A stretch of 64,000 bases of DNA. It comes from Candidatus Microgenomates bacterium. Lineage in GTDB: Bacteria; Patescibacteriota; Microgenomatia; Daviesbacterales; UBA10151. The position numbers and the translations under genes were made by a program. Location of the stretch: assembly GCA_016182045.1 (NCBI GenBank), contig JACOYE010000007.1, positions 34,121 to 98,120 of the forward strand, in the 5' to 3' direction. Each line of letters starts with the position of its first letter. The stretch's first letter is position 1. Below the pieces are notes generated by a model. The model saw nothing but the letters and a program-made list of their open reading frames with translations. It was not told where the DNA came from and ran no database searches. Below are positions 47,420-55,987 of the stretch, in pieces.

Positions 47420-48211
47420 TCAAGTTTTCTTAAGAGATCTTGGAGGAGCACCATCATATTCAATCTCCTCATCAGCAATTCTTCTGAATGGCTTTTCTCT
47501 GACCCATTCCTCAAAAATATGGGCCACCAGCCCTACCACCCTGCCTATTATGAAAAATCCTTTACCTAACCTATAATCAAAACCCATATCAGAAATAACC
47601 GCTGCTATTGCCCCATCCACATTAATGGGGATCTTTTTACCCTTTTTCTCCTGTAGCACACCCTCTACATTTTGAGCCAGTTCACAATGTTCCCCATAAA
47701 AACCTAACTTTTTGGCTTTTTCAAAAATCTGGGTAGCTCTGGGATCTTCATCTTTATAGACTTTATGCCCGAAACCAGGGATTCTATCACCTGAACCCAA
47801 AACTTTTTCCACCAGCTTTTCTGCAGTTAATCCCATCTGAAGTAACCTGGCACACTCTTCAATTGCTCCTCCATGGGCATCCCCTATTCCCAAAACTCCG
47901 GCAGCCACTGCTGCTTGCATGGGATTACCAGCTGAGGCTGAATTCCTGGCATTAGTCACAGATGGTGGACCTAAACCATTATCTATTGTGGAAATAAGGA
48001 TAGCATCCAGCATAGCTCTTTCTTTATCAGAGGGAAGTTCACTTTTTAATTCCAGCCAGATAGCATCTGTAAAATTAACTTTATCTATCAATTCTGTGAC
48101 TTTATAACCATGAATATGAGCCTCCCCATCAATTATCCCTGAAATAGCTGTTTTCCACTTTTTATCCATATTTGAATAAGTTCTCCAAGTTACAAGATAC
48201 AAGTTTTCCAA
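47420..48211 (-). CDS. citryl-CoA lyase-like protein (citrate-synthase-fold, ACL C-terminal domain homolog)
   Basis: citrate synthase signature GFGHKVYK.EDPR. Confidence 0.7.
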   Translation of the reverse strand: MENLYLVTWRTYSNMDKKWKTAISGIIDGEAHIHGYKVTELIDKVNFTDAIWLELKSELPSDKERAMLDAILISTIDNGLGPPSVTNARNSASAGNPMQAAVAAGVLGIGDAHGGAIEECARLLQMGLTAEKLVEKVLGSGDRIPGFGHKVYKDEDPRATQIFEKAKKLGFYGEHCELAQNVEGVLQEKKGKKIPINVDGAIAAVISDMGFDYRLGKGFFIIGRVVGLVAHIFEEWVREKPFRRIADEEIEYDGAPPRSLKKT

Positions 48212-48275
48212 AAAATAATCAAATTCAAAAGTTTAAATTCTAAAATTTGGGTTTTTGAATTTGTTTGTAACTTGT

Positions 48276-49172
48276 TTACTTGGACACTTGATTGTTTAAT
48301 AAACCAGGTATTTCATCTGGAGTTTTGGCTATTTTGACACCGGCTTCCTCAAACGCCTTAATTTTTGATTTATAACTGCCTTTCTCTCCATAAATTATTG
48401 CTCCTGCATGGCCTAATTTTGTACCCTGAGGTAAAGTTTCTGCAAATAAACCAGATATAAAGGCAACTACTGGTTTTGTGAAACCACCAGATTTGATCAG
48501 TTCTGCAGCTTCTTCCTCATATGTTCCACCTATTTCCCCAAATAACACCACAGCCTCAGTTTGAGGGTCTTTTTCAAATTCTTCCATCAAATCTGCAAAA
48601 GTTGAGCCCACCAATATATCTCCACCAATACCCACCACAGTTGATTGCCCAATTCCATTTTTGGTAAGAATCCATGAAACTTCCGAGGCCATTCCTCCTG
48701 ATTTTGAGATTACACCTACTGATCCTTTGGAAAAAACTCCTCTGGGATCATCTCCTCCAATTGAACCAACCTTTCCTATTCCTGGTGAGATTATCCCAAT
48801 TGATGAAGGACCGACAATTCTGACAGTCTGTTTGGCTAAAGCTATTGCCTTGGCAGTATCTTGGATGGGAATATGTTCTGTTAAAACATTTATAAGAGGA
48901 ATTTTGGCCTTAATTGCTTCCTCTATTGCCCCAAATGCAGCAAAGTTAGGCACAGCGACAAATGAAGTATTTATCCCTGGATGATTCTCTAAAGCCTCAG
49001 CTATTGTATTATAAACCGGCACTCCATGAACTTCCTGACCGCCTTTACCAGGAGTTACTCCAGCCAAAACGCGAGTGCCATAATTTTTCATCTGCAAGGC
49101 CACTTTGGACCCTTCTTTACCGGTGATACCTTGAACTAAAACTTTGGTTTGTTGGGTTATTAGAATAGCCAT
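48276..49172 (-). CDS. succinyl-CoA synthetase alpha-like subunit (CcsB/AclA N-domain-like)
   Basis: CoA-binding VLVQGITGKEG; phosphohistidine loop GHAGAII. Confidence 0.85.
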   Translation of the reverse strand: MAILITQQTKVLVQGITGKEGSKVALQMKNYGTRVLAGVTPGKGGQEVHGVPVYNTIAEALENHPGINTSFVAVPNFAAFGAIEEAIKAKIPLINVLTEHIPIQDTAKAIALAKQTVRIVGPSSIGIISPGIGKVGSIGGDDPRGVFSKGSVGVISKSGGMASEVSWILTKNGIGQSTVVGIGGDILVGSTFADLMEEFEKDPQTEAVVLFGEIGGTYEEEAAELIKSGGFTKPVVAFISGLFAETLPQGTKLGHAGAIIYGEKGSYKSKIKAFEEAGVKIAKTPDEIPGLLNNQVSK

Positions 49173-49334
49173 TAAATTTCTCCTTTAAAAGCAGCGCAGT
49201 CATGAGCATAAAAGCAATTAGAAAGTTTTGTGTGTAGATACCCGTCACAAAACTTTCCCATAGCGAGACTAGAGATATATCTCAATGTTTCAGTATCCAC
49301 TAGTCGAGCGGTGCTTTTTGCCATGACAAGCTGA

Positions 49335-50549
49335 TTATTTTCCATAAGCCAGATCTACCATAATCTTTGCTGTACTTGTCATCGGTGTCTCCCTCCCATA
49401 TATATGAAAATCAAAACCCTCTTTCTTACCCACTTCTTTTAACATCTCAAAAGCTTCTTTATCCCTTGGTCCACCACGCCGGATCACAATTGGGTATATA
49501 GGCTTAGGCTTGATCTCTCGCAACCCTTCCACAAAGCCCATTAAAGTTTCATAAATATCAGTAAAATTGGCTGTTCCGCCCACAAACCAACAGCCTTTTA
49601 ACCCAGGTTTTGATAAAACTATCTTGGTTAGTTTTTTTAATTTCTCACGCGGAGGATTACCTGAGTGCTCAGTATAATTGGCAGGTCTTCCACCATATGC
49701 CAAAAGCGCATCCATATTGACAATAGACCCTCCACCTCCGGCTGCAATAACTGCAATATCTCCATCTAAATCCCAATAAACAGAACCTGCTGTACCTCTG
49801 TGATCCCCTTCATCAATTTTGCGGGCCTCAATTTCAGCCTCAGTTGGAGGCCTGCCAAAAAGATTTCTTTCCGGGAATTTTACCTCACGTCTAAAATCAG
49901 CATCATCATCCAAAATCACTTTGGCATCTAAGGCATATACTTTTGCATCACTTCGACTCGAAGACTCGCTCAGTGAATATTGGCTGAGCGAAGTCGAAGC
50001 CTTACCTATAACTAATGGATTTATTTCCGCTAACTCACAATCATATTTAGTAAATACTTGCCATAATTTATTAGCCACATCCACTAGCTCTTTTGGAAAA
50101 TCCTGTGGAGTTTCAAATCCTTTTAAAATATCAACAGGATAACTTTGTGCCCTCTTTTCCTCTACCCCAGTTCCTCCCTCCCCAAAAGTCATGATGGGGC
50201 CACGGGTTGAAGTATCATAGGAAAATGATAAATAATACTCTTTTTCATATTCCACTATCTCCTCTACCAAAACCTTTTCCACCTTTTCCCCATTAATCGT
50301 TTTTCCAAATAATTCTTTTAGGCTGGTGCTTACTGCCTGTTGACTGTCCACTTTTATGATTCCACCAGATTGCGCTCTTTTGCCAGATAAAGTTTGTGCT
50401 TTTAAAACCACCCCATCTGTCATTCTGACCCTGAGCGCAGTCGAAGGGGAAGAATCTAATTCCTCATGAGCTGTGATAAACTGTGACTCTGGCACATTTA
50501 TCCCACAATTTTTAAAAAGAATTTTGCCTTCAAATTCATAAAGAAGCAT
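49335..50549 (-). CDS. succinyl-CoA synthetase beta-like ATP-grasp subunit (CcsA/AclB-like) with two in-frame hairpin-element insertions
   Basis: ATP-grasp N-domain; low-complexity inserts SLSQYSLSESSSRSDAKV and SSPSTALRVRMTDG. Confidence 0.8.
   Translation of the reverse strand: MLLYEFEGKILFKNCGINVPESQFITAHEELDSSPSTALRVRMTDGVVLKAQTLSGKRAQSGGIIKVDSQQAVSTSLKELFGKTINGEKVEKVLVEEIVEYEKEYYLSFSYDTSTRGPIMTFGEGGTGVEEKRAQSYPVDILKGFETPQDFPKELVDVANKLWQVFTKYDCELAEINPLVIGKASTSLSQYSLSESSSRSDAKVYALDAKVILDDDADFRREVKFPERNLFGRPPTEAEIEARKIDEGDHRGTAGSVYWDLDGDIAVIAAGGGGSIVNMDALLAYGGRPANYTEHSGNPPREKLKKLTKIVLSKPGLKGCWFVGGTANFTDIYETLMGFVEGLREIKPKPIYPIVIRRGGPRDKEAFEMLKEVGKKEGFDFHIYGRETPMTSTAKIMVDLAYGK
49949..50001. 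repeat. hairpin element (CTGAGCGAAGTCGAAG family) inside SCS-beta-like gene
   Basis: cacttcgactcgaagactcgctcag...ctgagcgaagtcgaag inverted arms. Confidence 0.7.
50419..50456. repeat. hairpin element (GTCATTCTGACCCTGAGCGCAGTCGAAGG) inside SCS-beta-like gene
   Basis: shares CCTGAGCG(A/C)AGTCGAAGG core with 51417 copy. Confidence 0.7.
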
Positions 50550-50550
50550 A

Positions 50551-51864
50551 TTACTTTAATTTATCTCTAAAATGATCATAACTGGTTAAAGCAGGAGTAT
50601 GTTCAGTTACTTCTAATTCTTGTTTTACAAGTACTTTTTTATTTTCTTTTACATCTCCATATAAAACCACCCCTGGCCCAACCAAAGAGTTAGATCCCAC
50701 CCTTGCCCCAGGCATGGTGGAGGCATTTACCCCAACTCTTGATCCCTTTCCAGCTATCAACCCCAGCTTATGTCTTCCAGAGTCCACCTTTTCCTCCTCA
50801 CCCACCCTAATTGTATGGTCATCCAGCCTTAAATTTGCCAATACTGCCCCGGATCCCATTCCAAAATCTCCCTCTATTACACTATCCCCAACATAATTAG
50901 TATGGAACCAGGAATTTACTCCAATATATGATCTGGTGATATCTGAGTTAAATCCAGTCACACATCCCTCTTCTAAGTCAGATTCCCTTACCATTGTGTT
51001 GTTACCCACAATACAATTTTTTCCAATGTAAACCGGACCCTTAATAACTGCTCCTTCAAAAACTCTTACTCCTTCCTCAATCACCACTGGACCTGTAATA
51101 ATTGCCTTATCAGACACATTTGCTCCCGGGGAAATTTGTTGTTCAATCTTACATAAAAGGTGAGTTGTAATATCTAAAATCTGCCATGGGTATTTTAAGG
51201 GAATCCAATTGCCTTGATATTTTGAAAACCTTACATCCAATCCGTCAGCAATCATCTTATCCAAAGCTATCTCATATAGATCATCTTTATCGCTTTTTGC
51301 ATTCTGCAGATATTCCACCAGTTTTTTACCATCTTTAAAGTAATCAACCACAAGTTTTACCAAATCAGATGGCTCATTCCCTTCCCCTGGTTTTTCCACT
51401 ATACCCTGTACCCTACCTGTCCTGAGCGAAGTCGAAGGATTCCCTGTACCCTTTTTTATATACCCTCCTGGAAAATATTTCTCTACCTTTAATCCAGCTA
51501 CCACCACATCTGCTCCTCCCTGGGATACTTGTACATAGATTGATCCATCCACCACATCTTCAGCATTAACTACCAAAACTTCACCCTCTAAATATTCCTT
51601 GGCGGAAAGTAGGGCATCTGCCATACCTTTGGGTTGTTTTTGTACAACAACTTGGAACTTAAGATTTAAAGCTTGAGCAATTTTAGTCACCTCAGCTTTG
51701 CTTTGTGGAGTGGAAACAATCACAAATTCGCCATTCACATTCTCCTTAATTTTTTTGAGATTGTGATACAAAAGTGGCTTTCCCAAAAAAGGGATCAGAC
51801 ATTTATCGGTATTTATCGGCCACATTCTTTTGCCTTCCCCACCAGCTAAAACAATTATTTTCAT
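50551..51864 (-). CDS. sugar-1-phosphate nucleotidyltransferase with C-terminal hexapeptide-repeat domain (GlmU-like)
   Basis: N-terminal LAGGEGKRM nucleotidyltransferase motif, C-terminal LbH repeats; insert NPSTSLRTGRVQG. Confidence 0.8.
   Translation of the reverse strand: MKIIVLAGGEGKRMWPINTDKCLIPFLGKPLLYHNLKKIKENVNGEFVIVSTPQSKAEVTKIAQALNLKFQVVVQKQPKGMADALLSAKEYLEGEVLVVNAEDVVDGSIYVQVSQGGADVVVAGLKVEKYFPGGYIKKGTGNPSTSLRTGRVQGIVEKPGEGNEPSDLVKLVVDYFKDGKKLVEYLQNAKSDKDDLYEIALDKMIADGLDVRFSKYQGNWIPLKYPWQILDITTHLLCKIEQQISPGANVSDKAIITGPVVIEEGVRVFEGAVIKGPVYIGKNCIVGNNTMVRESDLEEGCVTGFNSDITRSYIGVNSWFHTNYVGDSVIEGDFGMGSGAVLANLRLDDHTIRVGEEEKVDSGRHKLGLIAGKGSRVGVNASTMPGARVGSNSLVGPGVVLYGDVKENKKVLVKQELEVTEHTPALTSYDHFRDKLK
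51417..51445. repeat. hairpin element copy inside GlmU-like gene
   Basis: cctgtcctgagcgaagtcgaaggattccc. Confidence 0.7.
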
Positions 51865-51873
51865 ATGATATAT

Positions 51874-51903
51874 CCTTCGAAGTCGAAATTTCGACCGAGA
51901 AGT
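51874..51903. repeat. palindromic CGAAGTCGAAATTTCGAC element in intergenic spacer
   Basis: ccttcgaagtcgaaatttcgaccgagaag. Confidence 0.55.
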
Positions 51904-51964
51904 TACCTTAAAAACTATTATAGTTTATCAGGACTGTTCTCGCTAATCGCTCGAACAATAATAA

Positions 51965-52037
51965 GTACCAGGGGTGGGGATCGAACCCACAACCGCCACG
52001 TTATGAATGTGGTGCTCCGCCATTGAGCTACCCTGGC
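51965..52037 (-). tRNA. tRNA with CAT anticodon (elongator Met or lysidine-type Ile)
   Basis: cloverleaf readable: acceptor GCCAGGG, D arm GCTC/GAGC, anticodon loop TTCATAA, T arm GTGGG-TTCGATC-CCCAC. Confidence 0.75.
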
Positions 52038-52069
52038 TTGAGATAAAAATTGTACCAAAAAGGAGTTAA

Positions 52070-53437
52070 TTAAACAAAAAAGAAGTAGATTGTGGTAACT
52101 GCTGCCAGCCCCATAATCAGTGCAATCATCCATCCTAAAATAGTGGTGATTGGACCATTTGTCTTATCCCCCATCACTTTTTTGCTGCCACTAAGTAAAA
52201 TAATCAAAACCAAAATTACAGGTGCAATTAAACCATTAAATAAAGCTGTATAAATAAGTACTTTAATGGTATCTAAGTTTAAAAAATTGATAGATAAACC
52301 AATCAAAGTGGAAATAATAATCACCCCATAAAAGGCGTTTGCCTCCTTAAGTTTTCTGTAAAGTCCATATTTCCAGCCAAAACTTTCTGAGATTGCATAA
52401 GAGGCAGAACCTGCTAAAACCGGTATTGCCAAAAGTCCTGTTCCAATAATGCCTGCCGTAAATAAAAGATATGTAAACTCACCGGCTATTGGCCTTAGGG
52501 CCTCTGCAGCATCAGCTGCTGTTTGTATATTTGTTACTCCATTGGCATATAAAGTGGCAGCTGAGGCTGCGATAATAAAAAACATCACCAAATTGGAAAG
52601 AAACATACCTGACCAAACATCCATTCTCATATCTTTGATATCCTTATCTGTAGTACCTTTTCTTAAAGCTATAGTGGTTTTCCCTTGCATAATTTCCTCT
52701 TCAATCTCTTGTGAAGTTTGCCAGAAGAAAAGGTAGGGAGAGATGGTGGTGCCTAAAACTGCTGTTACTAAAAATATCCACTCTTTAGACACATCAAATA
52801 CAGGAGTAATCGTATGGGTAAGAAGTTTCTCAAAATCTAAATTGGTACTTAGAGCAGAGAAAACATATGCCAAAAGAATCAAAGCCAGCCATTTTAAGTA
52901 CTTAGCATATCTGTCATAGGTGGTGAATATCTGCAAAGCCAAGGAGAAAATGGCAAAGCCTAAAATTAATGTATCAAAGCTAAGGTGGGGCGAAATAAGC
53001 TGAGTGGCTTTAGCCATAGCTCCTAAATCTGCACCAATATTTAAAGAATTGGCAGCAAAAAGTAAGCCTGCGCAAATATAAAGTACCCATTTGGGATAAT
53101 AGGCTCTAATGTTTGCAGCCAAGCCCTTACCTGTCACCAACCCTATTCTTGCACACATCTCTTGCACTACTGCCATCAAGGGAAAGGTAAATGGTGCCAG
53201 CCAAAGAAATTGAAAACCATATTGGGCACCTGCTTGAGAGTAAGTGGCAATGCCTGAGGGGTCATCATCGGCAGCACCTGTTGTTAAACCAGGGCCTAAA
53301 GTATGCCAATATTCCCTGGCTCTTTTCATATCTTTATGATTCGTAACGTCTTTTACAAGTTGTTTCGAGGTATCTAACGTCCTGCCTAAAGCCACAGCTG
53401 GAGCCTCAGCAACTTGCTTTAAGAATTTTTCATCCAT
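52070..53437 (-). CDS. mntH: Nramp-family divalent metal (Mn2+/Fe2+) transporter
   Basis: GPG..DDDPSGIATYSQAGAQYGF...LW consensus. Confidence 0.85.
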   Translation of the reverse strand: MDEKFLKQVAEAPAVALGRTLDTSKQLVKDVTNHKDMKRAREYWHTLGPGLTTGAADDDPSGIATYSQAGAQYGFQFLWLAPFTFPLMAVVQEMCARIGLVTGKGLAANIRAYYPKWVLYICAGLLFAANSLNIGADLGAMAKATQLISPHLSFDTLILGFAIFSLALQIFTTYDRYAKYLKWLALILLAYVFSALSTNLDFEKLLTHTITPVFDVSKEWIFLVTAVLGTTISPYLFFWQTSQEIEEEIMQGKTTIALRKGTTDKDIKDMRMDVWSGMFLSNLVMFFIIAASAATLYANGVTNIQTAADAAEALRPIAGEFTYLLFTAGIIGTGLLAIPVLAGSASYAISESFGWKYGLYRKLKEANAFYGVIIISTLIGLSINFLNLDTIKVLIYTALFNGLIAPVILVLIILLSGSKKVMGDKTNGPITTILGWMIALIMGLAAVTTIYFFFV

Positions 53438-53478
53438 AACTTAAGGGTAGAATAAACAAACAGATGCGTCAACCCCGA

Positions 53479-53733
53479 TTAAATCGGGGTTAATTTTAAT
53501 CCTAAAATTCTGATTTTTTGTTCTCTGCTCCAGCCTTTTATTTGTCTTTCTCTTTTTAAAGCTTCTGATTGATTTGGTAATTTCTCAGAATAAATCATCT
53601 TAAGAGGTTGATGGGATCTGGTGTAATGCCCGCCTTTGCCATTTTTATGATCAGAAAATCTTTTTTCTAAATTATTAGAAACCCCAGTATAAAGACTGCC
53701 ATCTTTACATAAAAGTACATAAACAAACCACAT
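53479..53733 (-). CDS. GIY-YIG nuclease family protein
   Basis: FVYVLLCKDGSLYTGVSNNLEKRFSDH pattern. Confidence 0.8.
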   Translation of the reverse strand: MWFVYVLLCKDGSLYTGVSNNLEKRFSDHKNGKGGHYTRSHQPLKMIYSEKLPNQSEALKRERQIKGWSREQKIRILGLKLTPI

Positions 53734-53760
53734 AATGTATATTTTATGCTACAATATGCA

Positions 53761-53832
53761 CGCGGGGAAGTGTAACGGCTGCACACAAGGCTCATAATCT
53801 TGAGGCAGTGGGTTCGACTCCCGCCCCCGCAA
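53761..53832 (+). tRNA. initiator-type tRNA-Met (CAT)
   Basis: 5' CGCGGGG and 3' CCCCCGCAA acceptor identical to E. coli tRNA-fMet (C1xA72 mismatch), anticodon loop CTCATAA. Confidence 0.8.
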
Positions 53833-53882
53833 CACTTCGACTCCACTTCGGTAAACTCAGTGTCGCTCAGTGCAGGCACAAA

Positions 53883-54242
53883 TTATCTAAAAAACAACCT
53901 CCACCAGCCTAGCCAATTGGGAAGCCTAATTTGGGCAGATTCAGAAGTGCCCAGAACCTCTTTTAGCTTTTCTTCAGGAATAATCACCACTGTCTCGCCT
54001 GCTTTGGCCAAACCCAGCTTATTTCTGGCTTGCTCTTCAATAAACTCCTCTGATTGTATCTGGGAAAGTTTCTCCTTTAGCTGCCTGTTTTGAGCCTGAA
54101 GCTGAGCTAAATTGTCTGCCTCTTGAGAAAGCCTCTCGGAAGATTTGAGGGCATCTGAGATTTGATTGATCAGATTATAGCCAATTAAAAACATTATCAA
54201 AATGGCAATTCCCAAACTGATCCTTTTAATCATACTTGACAA
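53883..54242 (-). CDS. ftsB: septum formation initiator FtsB/DivIC-like protein
   Basis: N-terminal TM followed by coiled coil. Confidence 0.6.
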   Translation of the reverse strand: MSSMIKRISLGIAILIMFLIGYNLINQISDALKSSERLSQEADNLAQLQAQNRQLKEKLSQIQSEEFIEEQARNKLGLAKAGETVVIIPEEKLKEVLGTSESAQIRLPNWLGWWRLFFR

Positions 54243-55135
54243 AATTATCCTATAAACTTAAAATATGTGCCATGGCATCTCTAAAAGACGCTCATCAGCA
54301 ATTTATAGATCATCTTAAGAGTAAATCCCGTGCTTCAGCTACTATTTTAGCTTATGGTAAAGATACAGAGCAACTGGTGCAATATCTTAATACTTTAGGC
54401 AAAACTGAGACAGCTGATGTGAAGTTGGAGGATCTCCAGGCCTTTATGGCCAATTTGGCCAAAGAAAATTATACCCCCAAATCAATTTCCAGAAAAACCA
54501 ATTCCACCAAAACTTTCTTTAAATTCTTAAAATCAACTGGAGCAATTTCTGATGATCCTGCATCTGCTCTTGAACATCCCAAATTTGAGAATAAACCACC
54601 CAGGATTTTGACTAAGCTGGAATACAGGGCCTTAAGAGATGCAGCCAGATTAGATATCAGAATTTATGCCATCATCGAACTTCTGCTGCAAACAGGCATT
54701 AGAATTGGTGAACTGGCTAAAGTTAGGGTGGAGGATGTCGATGTTGGAAATTTAACACTTCATGTTCCCCCTTTTGAAGGAGCCAATGAAAGAATTATCC
54801 CTTTAAATAAACCAGCTGCAGAGGCTGTGGAAAATTATCTTAAAATCAGGCCTAAAACCCCTTCTCATGCCCTGTTTGTAACCAAAACAGGCAGGCCCCT
54901 GCTTATTAGAAATATTAGAACAGCCATAGATAGATATTTTAGAATTGCGGGTATTAAAGGGGCCAAGGTCAATGATTTACGCCACACCTGGGTGGCTCAC
55001 CAGCTCCAATCAGGAGTACCATTAACCATGATTTCCAAGTTAGCAGGTCACAAGAGACTTTCCACCACAGAAAGATATCTGCAATTTATTACTGGCCAAA
55101 ATGCCGAAGGAAAAGTTAAGCTGGAAGAGCTCTAA
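54236..55135 (+). CDS. tyrosine site-specific recombinase (XerC/XerD or integrase)
   Basis: C-terminal R...HxxR...Y catalytic region LRHTWVAHQL...GHKRLSTTERYL. Confidence 0.85.
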   Translation: MTKLSYKLKICAMASLKDAHQQFIDHLKSKSRASATILAYGKDTEQLVQYLNTLGKTETADVKLEDLQAFMANLAKENYTPKSISRKTNSTKTFFKFLKSTGAISDDPASALEHPKFENKPPRILTKLEYRALRDAARLDIRIYAIIELLLQTGIRIGELAKVRVEDVDVGNLTLHVPPFEGANERIIPLNKPAAEAVENYLKIRPKTPSHALFVTKTGRPLLIRNIRTAIDRYFRIAGIKGAKVNDLRHTWVAHQLQSGVPLTMISKLAGHKRLSTTERYLQFITGQNAEGKVKLEEL

Positions 55136-55158
55136 ATGTGGGCGGACCAGGATTCGGG

Positions 55159-55183
55159 TAGGCCCGGAAGGAATCGAACCTCC
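55159..55183 (-). other. orphan tRNA 3'-end-like fragment (T arm + acceptor 3' strand), possible att remnant
   Basis: GGAGGTTCGATTCCTTC-CGGGCCT-A on minus strand; no matching 5' half found. Confidence 0.3.
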
Positions 55184-55275
55184 ATCAGGTTTGTATAATT
55201 AAAGCTTTCCTTTTGACTTCGTCAAAACGTAAGACACCCGCTATACTAGTGGGCATGCTTGGATGAGTATTTAAT

Positions 55276-55554
55276 TCATTTCCTTTTGTAAACTTTTCTA
55301 TGACCACCTATGCCTAAAAACCTAACTGTGGTTTTACCCAACCACTCATATACAATCCTTATATCATCGGTTATTGAAAAAGCCCACTTACCTTTCATTC
55401 TGCCAGTTAAAGGATGATTATCCAAACGGGTATCTTGAGAATTTTTCCGAAACCAGCGGATTCTTTTATCAATTTCTGCTTTTAATGCCGAATCTTCATA
55501 ATGTATCTCATCCAGCAGCTGATTGAATTTGCCAGTCCGTTCGATCTTTACCAT
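55276..55554 (-). CDS. relE: RelE/StbE-family toxin
   Basis: 92 aa, DIRIVYEW...GHRKVY C-terminus. Confidence 0.7.
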   Translation of the reverse strand: MVKIERTGKFNQLLDEIHYEDSALKAEIDKRIRWFRKNSQDTRLDNHPLTGRMKGKWAFSITDDIRIVYEWLGKTTVRFLGIGGHRKVYKRK

Positions 55555-55846
55555 GTTCCTTTTGTTTTCTCTTCTCTATTCTTTTATGAAGTTTTTTGAA
55601 ATACTTGTCAATATCTTCTTCGGTTTTCCATACGGGAGATTTTTTTATAGGTTCATCCGCTGCTTCTAAAACCTGGTCTTCAAACCATCCTGGAAAACCA
55701 TTCTCTGTAATTTTATCTGCATCATAAAAAACCCTACGCAAACCGGCTCTCATTACTTCACTGATAGAGCTATATTTTCCTTCAGCTACTAGTTTTTTTG
55801 CGGTTTTGTACAATTGTTCTGGTAAAGAAATATTAACTGTTGTCAT
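55508..55846 (-). CDS. ribbon-helix-helix (ParD-like) antitoxin
   Basis: NISLPEQLYKTAKKLVAEGKYSSISEVMRAGLRRV. Confidence 0.6.
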   Translation of the reverse strand: MTTVNISLPEQLYKTAKKLVAEGKYSSISEVMRAGLRRVFYDADKITENGFPGWFEDQVLEAADEPIKKSPVWKTEEDIDKYFKKLHKRIEKRKQKEHGKDRTDWQIQSAAG

Positions 55847-55899
55847 ATAACAAAAATTGTATGATATTCATACATAAATGTCAATTAGCAAAATGCCGG

Positions 55900-55972
55900 T
55901 GGGCGGACCAGGACTTGAACCTGGAACCAATTCTGTATAAGAGAACCGCTCTACCAATTGAGCTATCCGCCC
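55900..55972 (-). tRNA. tRNA-Ile with TAT (UAU) anticodon
   Basis: acceptor GGGCGGA/TCCGCCC, D arm GCTC-AATTGGTA-GAGC, anticodon loop CTTATAC, T arm CCAGG-TTCAAGT-CCTGG. Confidence 0.65.
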
Positions 55973-55987
55973 GTGGAGAGAATTATA

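Noticed and set aside
51918-52133. 71-aa ORF overlapping the tRNA at 51965-52037
   Set aside because: Region folds as a canonical tRNA cloverleaf; ORF is an artefact.
53667-54093. ORFs 53667..53879(-) and 53800..54093(+) overlapping the initiator tRNA-Met
   Set aside because: tRNA structure and identity to the E. coli tRNA-fMet acceptor stem explain the sequence.
55141-55260. Possible tmRNA (ssrA) because plus strand starts GGCGGACCAGGATTCGGG resembling a tmRNA 5' end and minus strand has a GGTTCGATTCC T-arm
   Set aside because: The two tRNA-like halves are on opposite strands and no tag-peptide ORF or pseudoknot region is present; better explained as an orphan tRNA 3' fragment / att scar.
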